Of a DNA stretch of 64,000 bases, positions 46,299 to 59,389 are shown in pieces (position 1 is the stretch's first letter; each line of letters starts with the position of its first letter). The notes below the pieces were generated by a model. It saw nothing but the letters and a program-made list of their open reading frames with translations. It made no database searches and was not told the DNA's origin. The DNA is taken from assembly GCA_964247055.1 (NCBI GenBank), contig OZ176052.1:8370001-8434000 (forward strand), written 5' to 3'. Position numbers and translations under genes: made by a program. The DNA is from Paragordius varius (lineage: Eukaryota > Animalia > Nematomorpha).

Positions 46299-49200
46299 TT
46301 AATAACCTTTATCCGTTTCTGGTATAGAGCTTGGCTGTTTCAATGATTTAAACAATTCCATTATTGGTTGCTGTTCACTCCGTTTGATTCCCTGGTATCA
46401 ATAAAAATTATAAATAAAATGCAATATACGAATCGAATTGTATATATTACTTTCATTTCCATAATTTTTTGAAACTCAGACCCGTCCAGTTCAGGAAGTA
46501 ATTTCAAGCAATTTTCCACAAAGTTTTGGGTTGAATCTTGACTATGAGGTGTCATAACAATTTTAAGAATTAATTCAGCCTTTATCATACCTTTGTTAAC
46601 GATCTTGACATAACTATATATGTTAGGTAAATAATGTTTGATAATATATATTATTTAAAATTAAATGGTAATAGAAAAAGAAAAAGGAAAGATGGGTGTT
46701 CTTTATGATTTTTGGAAAATAAAAGGTAAATTATGTATATATTCGATAAACCATAACCCACAAATCAATAAATATCATTATAACACATGGAAAGAGTAAA
46801 GCAACGGTGAGTATCGTCATCCTTTTTAAAATAGCAAGGGTTCAAAGATGCCCAAAAACATTCGAAAAACCATAAAAACTATTTAGGAAACAGTAAAATC
46901 TAATATATATAACAAACTTGACAGGAGGTGCTTTTTTAACTGAAGCAAGAGAAGAGCCCCCATGCATTATATTAGCTGATGTAGAAGTGGGTTGACCCAT
47001 CCCCAAGATTGGTAAATCAAGTAGTATGGTTTTAAGACTATGTGTATCAAGCAATAATTGTTCCGCACCAACCATACCGACTGGTTTACATTTGTAAAGA
47101 GCCACAATATATTTCGGAATGAATGAGCTATACAATGAAAAGTTGAAAAGCAAATTGGGCATTTATTAACAGAAAGTAATGGTAAGAAATCATAAAAATA
47201 TTATCAAAATTTTAGATTCATATAGCAGGGAATACAAATTATTCAGCTATCCTTATAATCAAAATTTCCATTATACACTTTAAAATCACAAAATGTCTCA
47301 CAATAAAACAAGATATTATATATAACACGGATTAGGTATAAAACTAAAGAATAAAATTACTTTGCAAATTTTATGCAAAATTGCGTAAAATATTTCCGGG
47401 AATTTGTCAATCGATCGCGTATAAATGGGATTGCAACACGAAAGTTATTGGATATAGCTGAAATGTGTTTAGATTGATCACCCACCGATGATAGTGTATT
47501 CCAATTGGTCTAATATCAAAAAATACGAATACACTACAATATTACGTGTCTTTGATTCATATATTAAATATTTTTGTATATTATCATTCAGTGAACATAA
47601 TTTTAGTTTTTTTACTTTTGACATTGCATTCAAATATGGATCACATTGTGATTCCAAATCTTGAGATAGCATAGATATACAATTACCCATAATACTATAG
47701 ATAAAAATAATTTTTATTGAAATTTGATAAATATAATAAAATTTAGATAATTTACTTTTGGTAATAATCCATTTCTTCACTAAAATCAACGGACTGTTTG
47801 TAATTGGCATCAGCCGTTGAAATATTTTTTGCCCCTTGTATTTTTTCTCCAAGTTTAATTTCCAACTAAACAAAAATAAGAAAATGTTTAATTAAATTTA
47901 ATTGAAAGTTATGTAGAAAATGGAGCATAGGTGAAACTAAAAAAACAAAAGTAAATAATTTTTAAATAAAGTTAATATTAAACCTAAATTACAAAATTTA
48001 TTTCCATATTAATCTAAGTTGATAATAATTAATTTGGTAATATATAAAACAACAAGTAATTTTTACTTTTACAAAACTTTTTCTCGATTGAATTTTATTA
48101 TTATTTGAACCATATAAAAGTAGTAACAAAAAAGTTACCTGTTTAATGGTTTCACAACAATATTCGGCAGTTCCGATAAGAATGCATATTAGAGCTATAT
48201 CGCCTCGGAGTAAGTAGGATGATTTTGCGGTTGCCGTGCCCTCTTTCAAAAACGATGAAGTTAATTCCCGTAAATTGGTCGCAGTGGCCGAACTTAACAG
48301 GTTTTGAGAACTGTGTAAACTAATTACGAGTGATAAAAGAATTTAAATAGTTAATAAAAATGTTTGTAAATAAGGGATTATTTATATGCCATTGAAATTT
48401 GGTTCTTTTAGTGCACATTTAAGAAAAATAAAGTGTTATACGGGTATACGGGTGTGATAATTGAATTATGATTTAACATTTATGAAAATAAAATAGTATA
48501 TGGCAAAATAATTGAATTATGGTTTAAGCTTAAAGCATTGAATTTTGATCCTATCCCAAATAAATTATCTAGGCGCCAATACATTTAAATGCTCGTTAAA
48601 ATTTATTATACATTTACGCTTTAAATTACAAAAACAGACTTCTTATGAAACTCTTAATAATTCGCATTACTCATACGTATATAAAAATAACATTTATGTA
48701 TAGGACTGGGGTTTTAACCTAATGAATGCAATCATTCATTGTCATAAGCAAGTATCATTACCACAAATCTAAAATATATTGAATCGTTCAAGTTAGTTTT
48801 AACAAAGATAAAAAAATAATATAACAGAAATTTTACAATTTATTACATTAATTAACCATTATTAAATTATAAATCACGTCTGCCAAAAATTTTAAATTAA
48901 TAATATGCAAAGCGGTCACAGTCAGAGTCATGAATGCTTAATAATCGGTCCGACCCAATATCAATCATAAAATAAATATTATAAACAATCTACAAAGAAA
49001 ATTTAATACTTTGGCATATTGGCCGCTAGGATGGAATATGCATAATTTTTAAGATTTGGTTTAAATACATCGGATGCAAGATGTACCAAACAAGTAACAT
49101 TATCCAATTGGGCACATTGTATGAGGACAGACTTAAAAAACACAAATAAATCTGCGCTTGAAGGCAAAACAATCATTTTAGATATGGCAGGGACACTATA

Positions 49201-52200
49201 TACAGTAAAAAGTGAATAAAAAACGTAAAAATACCTGAAAAAAATCCTAAAGTCAGCTATATATTTTAAACATTAATTTTTTTATATAACCTATCGTATT
49301 GTGTTGCAAAAAAGGAATGGACATGTAAATCAATAACACATAATAATATATCGAAAATTATAATATATAGTTGAGGTAGGTAGTTTAACAAAGTTGGCTG
49401 TCTGGCAAAAAAATATTAGTTTTATACTTTTTCAATTTTTACTGTAAATGTAGAATTCTTAAAAAATAAGATGCCCAAAGAATTAAATAATTTAAATTAT
49501 ACTCTTGGTCTCCAGTAAAGGGAGTGACGTTATTATAATAGGCATTAAGTTCGGTAACAATAGTTTTTGTTTCAATCAAAAATCTGTCCAACATATCTTT
49601 CAAATTTCTGTAAAAAATATAAAATTAGTAAGTGTGAAAAAAATCGGAGGACATAGAGCACTAAAAAACAGCATAAATTTGGCTATAACACAAATTATTA
49701 TAAAAAACATAATCATAATAGTCGCAATGATGTGGATATGTATATATATTAAATATAAAGTAATCGCTTTAAAGCCAATTTTATAAATTAGTAAATTGAA
49801 TTCTATAAAAAAACCTGTCTTGCGCCTTTATAAATATGTTAAGATATTCATGGAAACATGATGAGATTGAACCAATAAATGGTGATAACATCGTTACAGT
49901 TTCTCCATTACTAGCATTTGCGCCTATTTTATTTTGATTAGATTCTTTAGCACTTTCTTCAAATGGATTTGTTGAATTCGATGGCTAAAAATATGATAAA
50001 TAACGAAAAAAATATTCCAAAATACACATTAATCAACTCGTTAATATTATAAAATGATTGTTCTGATAAACTCACCATCAGCCCTAGAAAACTGAGTGAT
50101 AAAACCTTTAGATTCGATAATATAATTCAAATTATCTTTAACCGTTTTTTGTGTACACATAATACATGCATCAAATGTTATGTGGATTAATGTTTTTATA
50201 GAAAATTTGGTCAATAAAAATACCATTATAATAATGATAATCGAATTTGATTGAGCTGGAGTGTGACTTTATTGCAATGTTTAACCATTTATATATGGTT
50301 ATTTAATTTATGATAATTAATTTTTGATTTAAGTGCGTCCTTTAAATTTTATTTAAAATATGCTAATTATATTAATGACAAAAAAATATGATTTTGCTAT
50401 ATTGTATTAAGTGTGATTATAAATTTAATATTTTATTAAACCTAAATCTAGTAACAAAATAAAGTTGCTAATATTTATCATCAGAAATATTTATAACTTT
50501 TTCAGCAAAAGGGTTCATATCTTCAGCAACCAATTTTTTTGTTTGGGATATTCTTTTCATATCTTTGTCAGTTAGCTCCTCTGATGGATTGATAAATACA
50601 AATTTTTCTGCTAAAAGTTCTTCAAATGCTTTGGTTTTTTGAAAGGCAAATAGAAGGAGTTTAACATCGATTTCTTGATAACGTCTAGACATGGCACGGC
50701 TTAAATGTACCCTAAAAATATGGCATGGAGAATTCAATATGTAAAATATTGGGGTTATCTCCAAAAATAATTTATTTTCGTGTCAAATAATATTGCTTTG
50801 TAGAATATAATTCATTTTCGACACGTAAATGGTATAAAATATATGGAAATTTATTTAAATTGGCACAAAAAAAAGTAACATCACATATTCCTTTTTAAAT
50901 AAGAACATATCATAAAATACTTATTTAACTTTTTTTATTTTATGCTTTTTTTGGTTAGTAAGGGGGGGGGGGGGTGATAAAAACTCTTTTTGACTTGACT
51001 TGCAAGTTTTTCCCATGGCTTGCTTTCATGTGCTTAAAAAATTAACATTAGACGACTTAAGTCAAGCAAGAAAATCTGATTCGGAGGTAATAAAAAATCT
51101 TATCATCAAATAAAACTTGAAGATTTTTAAGGTGTGGTGTAGGACACTCTTGGCAAATTTGAAAATATGGATAATTTTTTTTGGAAACTAGATGTATATA
51201 TTTTAGGTTCATATGTAATTACCTTTGTTAATGCTATAAATTGTTTATTTGATAATTTTTGGCTAATTAACCTATTTAAATTATGTGGATACAAAAAAGA
51301 ATAAATTTTTTAAAAAAGTCTAATATTAAAGAAAAATGCATATAAAAATATGCTAACTTTATCAATTCCGAGAACCCGCAAAAAACTTTGACTCACAAAA
51401 ATATCTTAAAATTAAAAATTTAATACTCATTTAAGATTTTCAAATCTTCGTTTTACATAAAATAATAAACGCTTAAGGTTACTTCACCATTAAAACATGT
51501 TAAAAGTTTATTTCATCATTTATTTCAAATGTAATGTTGATAATCAAGTTAAAATAATAATATGTTATATTGTATAAACATCTTCCCATTATATTTGCAA
51601 ATAAACTCCTAACAAAATGAGTAGTGTGGTAAAATAATGGAGAGTGTTTTAAGGGCGAATGGTTTCATCAACTTAAAAATTTTAGTAACCGGGCTAATAA
51701 AGTAAGATAAGTGTCATAAAGTTTGAAAACTTTGATAAATGCATATTGTATTGAATGTTTAACTTTTTGTGCATTAATAAATTTTGGCTGAAAATAATCA
51801 TAATAATTCCGTAAAATTCGGTTGGCAAAAAATGTTACATTCATAAGCAAAAGACTTGACTTAAGTGTTTTTTATCACCGATCTTCAAGTGTAAACTTGC
51901 TGGCTTTAGTAAACTTGCTCAACTTGTTAAGCTTTGCAAGTCAAGTGCAACTTTTTTATCACCCCACCCTAAAATTTGACATATTTGGTAAAAACATTTT
52001 AAAACATGTATGTGATATATACAAATTATTATCAAACCTGGTATCATGACAAAATTGTAGAGCCATTTTATTGATGAGTTCCCATGAGTCCGGAAAAACG
52101 CCATAATACTTTTCCGTATAATCATTAGCAAAGCGTTTAAACCAAGTAAAACGTTTATCTATTTTGTCAAGCCATGCTCCCTAAATGTTTCAATTTTTGT

Positions 52201-55200
52201 AAATATAAATAAGGCAAATATAGTTTTTTTATAATATTTCCTAATATTTTCCTTAATAATTATATAATAAATGTAAAAAACATTTTTACTTCTTGGCTTT
52301 CTTGGAAAAGTACATTGTATTCGGCCAGTTGTAAGCCAATAAACCAATCTACAAATTCTTTTCTAAAGAGATTTAAGTATACTTTTATTTAGAAGGTTGA
52401 AACAAATATCATAACATAACATATAACTTGTTTTTTATTTGGAAAAATAATTATAATTAACAAATTACAATATAAAATATTGAAATAAAAACAAACTTAA
52501 AAGAAAATAACTTGGCAAAAAAAATGCAAAGCTTTTACAAATTTTTTGGCAATTCATTGAATACAAACGATATATTGGACCAAAAAGTGTTTGTATAAAA
52601 ATGGCAAATAATTTAAGTATCGAATTCATAAACTACTTTAATGAAGGTTCCATAATATCAATAAGGCGTGCAGCGTTAAAAAAGTCTGTAGATGTAGATA
52701 AAACCTAGTAAAAATAAAAAAATTATTGAATCCAAGTATTATGTTAAACTGATGTTTTAAAAAACAATTAATATCAAATAATTTGCAGTTACATTTAATA
52801 TTACCGGTTGGATAATTAAATAGCAAAAAAATTAACCTAAGGTGCAGTCATAGCATTATTTCGAGAATTTTTTAATAAGTAAATAAATGTCCCCAAATAC
52901 AATTATGCAATATATTTTTACATCCTGTCTAAAATGTAAAATTTTGTTCCGTTAACACGAAACCCTTCCAATTATGAAATAATATATGAAATATTTAGAC
53001 CGCGGATTTAACCTATACCACCATAATTTTAAATTGGTTTAATATATTAAAATTATTATAAAAGAGGTATAAATATGTAAAACAGCATATGAAAATATTT
53101 GAGCATTGTTAATATACCCTTGTATTCGACTGACCTCAAAATGGTCCTCTAACATTTTTATTTTGCCAAAAACCATAAAATATGTATTTACTTTTATCGA
53201 TTTTTAGCGTAAATCTTAATTTGCAATGTTATTATTTATAAAATGAAAATAACATTTTAAAAATCACATTAACCTATTTATTTGGGTGAATGTTATTAGA
53301 TTACCAATACATTAATAAATCTACAGTATTTGTTAAACCATCATAATATTTGTAAAAAATATATATATCAAGAACACATTACGTGTAAATATTGCATTAT
53401 GGCGAACAATTTTTTACTAACAGCGTTCGCAATACTCCTCTATACATTTTAGTGATTCCACTGATTCGATTCGGTTTTTTATGTAAATTTAATATTTATT
53501 CGGTTAAAAAGACATCCAACTTTTCTGATGAAATACCCCCTAAAAACTTATCATCTTGGAAAATACCATTAGATTTAGCATTCTTTTCAAGATATGAAGA
53601 ATATTATACAAAAATTATTATTAGTTGTCAGATGTGAACAAATATTTAAAAAAAGGTGGCCAAAATCTTGTAATAAACATATCTTCCCGATTATTATTTT
53701 ATAATGGATTATAACATTACACCCTAAGCTGGTATCAGCGTTACCTTCCTAAACATTTAATAACCTTTAATCTGCTAAAAGATTCATTTTATATGGTTAT
53801 GCAACCCTAATTTAATCAAAAATATTTTTGTAGTCGTTTCCAAAGATGTAGTTAAAGCAAACAGCAACCTGACGGTTAATAATATTGATTGGATCATTAA
53901 TTTTATAATGCTGAATGTGGGTGTGTTTCATGGCTTCGCGGGCCGCATTGGATCAAAAAATCGGGCGGGCCCATGAAGATATATGGGCATTGCCAAATAT
54001 TTATTAGATTCAGGCGAAAATTGTAAAAACAGCTATTTATTTTAACATTTTTTGCTAGTTCATTAATAAAAACTGGTTATTAAAAATTTTTTTCCACTTT
54101 CTCGCAGGCTGTATAATTATTTTAAAGGGTCGGATGTTGGACACCCCTCGTTTAGCAAATACTGAGTTTATTATCATGATGATTTATAAGGAGTAAACTA
54201 AAAATTGATAATATGTATAATAATTATGCAAATTTAGGCCTGCTTATTCACATTATTTTCGCTCAATTCGAATACATAGTGTGTAGTATAAAACAATTTT
54301 TTTGCATAATTAAATAAACAAAGTAATGTCTGATAGGAAAAATGTTCAATTAACATTGTGTTGCTTTTTTCCATATACGATTGTATTAACAATTGACAAC
54401 TATATTGTGATTAAATCAGCAATATACTCTATATCCCAATAATAGTTTTAAAAAGGTAATTTTTAAGGGCAAATGTTAAACCAAATAAATATGTTCAAAG
54501 ACCAACTTGAAATGAATATGGACCAAGTTGAGGTAAAAAAATATATTAATAAAAAACCCGTGCTCCATGACCTGTCAAAGTGTTTTTAAAATCGGTAAAG
54601 ACTTGCTGTCCCAAATCGTTCCGCATTTTATGTATTCTAAATAATATAAATAAAAAATATACTTATCAGATAGCTCTTTCACATGGGGAATGTTCATACA
54701 GTCTTGAAAACTTTCAATAACGTGTAAAACACCCTGTAAAAGATTGCTTATTTCGCTGTATTTCCGTTGAGGAATCAGTTTTCTAAGCCTTAAAATAATT
54801 TATTTACTCCAAGTTTTCAACCCCTTCAACCAACATATGTAAATTATTTAGGGTAGTAATGGATAAGGTCAAATTGCGTTTAGCAATATCAAGTTGACGA
54901 ATGTCTTGGGTTATTTCATTAACCTGATATTATAAATATCGATATACCATGTTCTCTGATGACTCCGCCCTTTCATTAATTTCCAAAATTCGAGTAGATA
55001 AATCAGATATTTGAGATTTTGTGTTTTGAAGAGTGGATAAAGCCAATTTTTCGTTTTCAATTTGTGTGTGGAGATTTTGTCGGATACTAATATCTAATAA
55101 TCTGAAATAAAAATATTTGTACTTTATATCTTCCTCAAATTTTGTTATAACATCATCAATATTAACTAAAGATTGTTCCGTAGGAAATAATTTGTTTATA

Positions 55201-55336
55201 TATTCCACCTCGTCAAAATCGATTGCATCAAGAGGATCTTCACTCGGAAATATCTATATATTATTTAAAGTACTACTGATTTTATTTCGGCTAATAAATC
55301 GTTGGGTATTTTAAATTCCAATTCGTGATTTTCCAT
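46299..55336 (-). CDS. VPS53: Vacuolar protein sorting 53 (GARP/EARP subunit), 20 exons
   Basis: Exons (minus strand): 55277-55336, 55123-55253, 54948-55101, 54808-54923, 54663-54782, 54558-54636, 52637-52704, 52290-52362, 52038-52180, 50498-50711, 49815-49984, 49503-49607, 49010-49195, 48139-48310, 47756-47865, 47616-47694, 47361-47509, 46918-47127, 46451-46613, 46299-46391. Motifs: [102 protein letters not shown] and [20 protein letters not shown]. Confidence 0.95.
50960..51971. mobile_element. Non-autonomous TIR element (family G) in a VPS53 intron
   Basis: The ends GGGTGATAAAAA...GACTTGACTTGC and GCAAGTCAAGTGCAACTTTTTTATCACCCCACCCTA are inverted repeats. A reverse partial copy lies at ~63635-63750. 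No TSD was seen. Confidence 0.6.
53916..54148. mobile_element. hAT MITE family A copy in a VPS53 intron
   Basis: It contains ATGGCTTCGCGGGCCGCATT and ends GATGTTGGACACCCCT, matching the copy at 11434. Confidence 0.75.
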
Positions 55337-55526
55337 GTGCTCTTCTTAATAAATCAACTGATTTACCATTTAAATTTTTGAAATGTGATATGGGATGGGA
55401 AAAAACCAATTTTACGGTTATTTATTATTTGTTATAACCGCCGCTTTGTTTTTATACATCACCATTAATTATATTATTATGGTAAATAAGATTAATATTT
55501 AGCCCCTAGCATTTTAATTCCTAATA
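55337..55526. promoter_or_regulatory. Putative compact bidirectional promoter (VPS53 / TAPT1)
   Basis: The divergent start codons are 190 bp apart. This is inferred from gene arrangement only. Confidence 0.5.
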
Positions 55527-56960
55527 ATGAACTTCAAAAATTATATTTTCTTACAATTTTTTCCTTCATTTTCTGATCTAAATGTTAATGATGTGAACAG
55601 TGCAAGTAAATGCCAAAAAGTTATATCTCTCCTAAAAATTCCTTTTTACTTTGAAAAGTTTGTAGCTTTTGGTTTTATTTATTGCACAAATTCTTTTTTA
55701 CATTTATACACTTTGTTTATAATACATTTCTTTATCATACATATTGGATTTTTTTACAATTTATTACTACTCACTATTGGTAATCATCGAAAGAAATTAA
55801 CAGCGTCTGAAATATGTATCATAGCAAAAGGGTATTTATTGATTTTCGCTTGTTATTTTTTTAATATGATTGATACTTCAATGGTGTATCACCTAGTCCG
55901 CGGTCAAACTATTATAAAACTTTATATTTTCTTCAACATGTTAGAAGTTGCCGATCGTCTCTGTACTTCTTTGGGTCAGGATATTTTAGAGTCCTTATAT
56001 TGGTCTATATCCCATAATTTAAGTGAAGGCACAAATTTTTTGTCTTGCGCTAAAACATACTTTAACCTCATAGCTTATATGATAGGAACATTATGTTATA
56101 TTATGGTTCATGCACTTATAATATTGTTACAAGTTACAACGCTAAATGTCGCACTTAACTCCCATAATAAAGCATTGTTAACCATTTTGATCTCAAATAA
56201 TTTCGTTGAACTGAAGGGTAACGTCTTCAAAAAATTTGAAGCCAATAATCTATTCCAAGTTGCTTGTAGTGATATTCGGGAACGTTTTAATTACGGGATA
56301 TTTATGATTTTAATTTTGGCCCGAAACGCAACACAACAGCTTGGCACTGATTGGTATGCTTCATCATATCGACTCCTGCCTGATATGGGGATCGTGTTGC
56401 TAGCTGAAATTTTTGTTGATTGGATCAAACATGCATTCATTACTAAGTTCAATGATATAAGCCCTCAAATTTATGAAACTTATATGTTTTATCTTGCACG
56501 AGATTTATTAGCACAACAATGCATAACCCCTGACAAACCAAATATTCAAGATGAGAGTTTATTAAAAAATGACAAAATTATGGCGGGTGATACACAATTA
56601 ATTCCAGCAAATAGGCAAATTCGAGGCGCTTTTCTTCAACAGCGGTATGTTGAACAAAATTTGGAGCTAATATGTAAACAAACTGGTTTTACACCATTAC
56701 CTCTGGCAGTTGTCGTGTTTAAAACATTTTGTCAAACGTTTACCGCCCTAATGACCAGCTATAAGATCGAATATAATGTTATATACCATTATGAAAATAT
56801 TAAATATATCATTACTCAACTAATAGCAAATTTGTACCAATTTTCATATACGTTACAATACATTATATTTGGAATTATAAATGTCTTTATATTTAAATTA
56901 TGGCTAAACATCTTTATTGTTGGAGTGTCATATTTAATATATAACAATAAATGCAAATAA
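55527..56960 (+). CDS. TAPT1: Transmembrane anterior-posterior transformation protein 1 (TAPT1/Emp65 family), single exon, 477 aa
   Basis: An uninterrupted ORF with LKIPFYFEKF, SMVYHLVRGQTIIKLYIFFNMLEVADRL, TLNVALNSHNKALLTILISNNFVELKGNVFKKF, SDIRERF, VDWIKHAFITKFN and GFTPLPLA. Confidence 0.95.
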   Translation: MNFKNYIFLQFFPSFSDLNVNDVNSASKCQKVISLLKIPFYFEKFVAFGFIYCTNSFLHLYTLFIIHFFIIHIGFFYNLLLLTIGNHRKKLTASEICIIAKGYLLIFACYFFNMIDTSMVYHLVRGQTIIKLYIFFNMLEVADRLCTSLGQDILESLYWSISHNLSEGTNFLSCAKTYFNLIAYMIGTLCYIMVHALIILLQVTTLNVALNSHNKALLTILISNNFVELKGNVFKKFEANNLFQVACSDIRERFNYGIFMILILARNATQQLGTDWYASSYRLLPDMGIVLLAEIFVDWIKHAFITKFNDISPQIYETYMFYLARDLLAQQCITPDKPNIQDESLLKNDKIMAGDTQLIPANRQIRGAFLQQRYVEQNLELICKQTGFTPLPLAVVVFKTFCQTFTALMTSYKIEYNVIYHYENIKYIITQLIANLYQFSYTLQYIIFGIINVFIFKLWLNIFIVGVSYLIYNNKCK

Positions 56961-57526
56961 ATTATTTAAAATGTAGACTTAAGAAAAACCGTAAAAAATA
57001 GAATGTATTCGCAAATAGTTATCCGCAAATATGCATATCAAATTATCATATTTTTTAAGATCTTAATAAACTGCTGTCATTGAGGTTGACACAAGCCTTG
57101 TTAAGAGAAATTAATATATAATTAACAATGAAGGGTAGTAAACCTAAACAACCATAATTAAGATAGTTTAATGGTAAAAAAATTATTTAATATTCATTTA
57201 CCTATATTAGTTTGTACAAATTAACACGGCTAGTAGGGTTGGGGCCGACCGTAAGAATGCGTTTTAAACGTGAGTGTAACTGGCCAAAAAAATTAAAATT
57301 TTAATAAAGTTTTTTATAATTATCTTATTAAAAATAAAACAAATTTTAAACGATCATTTTCATTTCGATTTAGTTATAATAATTTAATTTATGAAATGAT
57401 GATTGCAAACTATATTCATAAAAGGTCAAGTCTGTCAGCTCTACCAATACTAACTGCTAATTAATTACAATGATTGTATTAAATATGTACAGTGTGCGTT
57501 TGTATATATGAGTTAACAGTCACAAT

Positions 57527-59389
57527 TGGGGTTGTGCATTTGAGTGCTTTTTCAAAAAGGTCCGGTCACCATGGTCATGACCACTTTACTTAAGTAAATA
57601 TCATACGATATTGGAGATTGTGAAAATAATGATCGAACGACACTTGCGTTTCACTAGTAATGTCATGTTTCTCAAAAGTTTGTATCATATGTTTTTTTAT
57701 ATTTATTATTCACAAAAATATCCAATCAAATTTTATCAAAAGTTTTGTTTTCAAATCAATTTTGCCACATGTTTGTGGCCTTCTACATAACTTTTAATAG
57801 TGGATATTTCAAAAAAAATGCCTAGCTTGTTTTGCACTTTCTTTCATCAATGAAATGAATTAATATATATTTTTTTCATTTTATTGGTTTACATATATAG
57901 AATAATTGCATTTTTTGCACAAGGCTTGATTGTTTTGTTATTTGAAATAACTGGACATGCTTAAATACAATGTTATACATGTTTAACAATTTTCAATATA
58001 TTGTTAACACTTCGATTCGAATTGGGATATCTAAATACACCAGACTAAATTTGAGTTAGGATTTTTAAAAAACTACTGAAGGAAACGGTCCCAATTTAAA
58101 TTTATGCTTCTATCCTAATAAAAATTATATAAATATGCCAAAATAGCTAAATAAAATTTTGAAGAGAATGTTCCATGTCAAACTACTTCGACGCCATTTT
58201 TATTTTACAAGTTTTTTGCAAAATATCGCCTTCTTTTAACTTTAAGGGTAAAATTAAAACTAAATTTTTATTTAAATTACATCTAACATTGAAAGAAATA
58301 GAAAAAGCGGTTTGTTTTGTATTATTTTTTAATTTTAAAATTGCACACGTGTCACATTGACTAAATTTTTACCTTTCGGTTTTAGCTTAAAATAAGTAAT
58401 ATCAAGTATTTTTAAATAAAATTTTTTTATATATTTCGGTTTATTAACACTTGGATACAACACACTCATTTTAGTCCTTCGATTCAAATTGGGGTAGTTG
58501 GATACCCCAGGCTTGTTAAAAATCAAATACTTTAAAAAGTATGGAAGCAATCGAAACCATGGCAAAATTTTGCGCTTATATAACATTAATAAACCGAAAT
58601 ATATAAAAAATTTTATTCAAAAATACTTGATATTACTTATTTTGAGCTAAAACTGAAAGGTAAAAATTTAGTCAACGTGACATGTGTCAAATTGTAAAAT
58701 TAAAAAATAATACATAATAAACCGCTTTTTCTATTTCTATCAATGTTAGATGTAATTTATATAAAAAATAAACTTTAGTTTTACCCTTAAAATTAAATGA
58801 AGACGATATTTTGCAAAAAATTTGTAAAATAAAAATGGCGTCGAAGTAGTTTGAGATGGAACTTTTTTTTCAAAACAAAATTTTATCAAGATATTTTGGC
58901 GTATATATATAATATTTATCTGGATAGAAGCATAAATTTTAATTGAGACCGTTTCCTTCAGTAGTTTTTTAAAAATTTTAATTTAAATTTAGTCTGGGGT
59001 ATTTAGATACCCCAATTTGAATCGAAGTGTTAATGTTATAGAAGTGCAAAATTTTGCAATGGTTTCGATTTCTTCCATATTTTTTAAAGAATTTAAATAT
59101 CAGGCCTGGGGTTTTAACTACCCCAATTTAAATCGAAGGACTAAAATATGTGTTCAATGTGTTCTATTCAAGTCTTAAATAAGCATATTTAATAGATTAT
59201 TTTATATATTTAAATATTTAAATATTTTTTAAAAATATATTAATAAATAATAAATCTTACTAACTCTCAAAAAAAAACTTACTAGCAATTTTTCAAAAAA
59301 ACAGCTGTTTTTTAAATGACTATGGTCAAAAAATAAATAGTCACTGACCTGGTCAATGACCGGGTCATGACAAAGTAGGCATAACCTTA
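57527..59389. mobile_element. hAT MITE family F (reverse copy), interrupted by two nested family E elements
   Basis: The ends are TGGGGTTGTGC and GCATAACCTTA. The flanks GTCACAAT and GTTACAAT match 7/8. With 58008-59178 removed, it matches 32493-33181. Confidence 0.8.
58008..59174. mobile_element. TTAA-targeting (piggyBac-like) MITE family E, with an inverted copy of itself nested at 58448-59029
   Basis: TTAA flanks the outer copy at 58004-58007 and 59175-59178, and the inner copy at 58444-58447 and 59030-59033. The ends are CACTT-type. An uninterrupted copy lies at 60390-60936. Confidence 0.85.

Noticed and set aside
46280-46306. Potential 27-nt GT-AG intron at the VPS53 stop codon
   Set aside because: It is not required, since the ORF ends normally either way (KGY* versus KE*). 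I did not count it, but if real it would weaken the 5' polarity claim.
54789-54807. 19-nt version of VPS53 intron 4
   Set aside because: It is in frame but adds two residues relative to the family alignment; the 25-nt version fits better.
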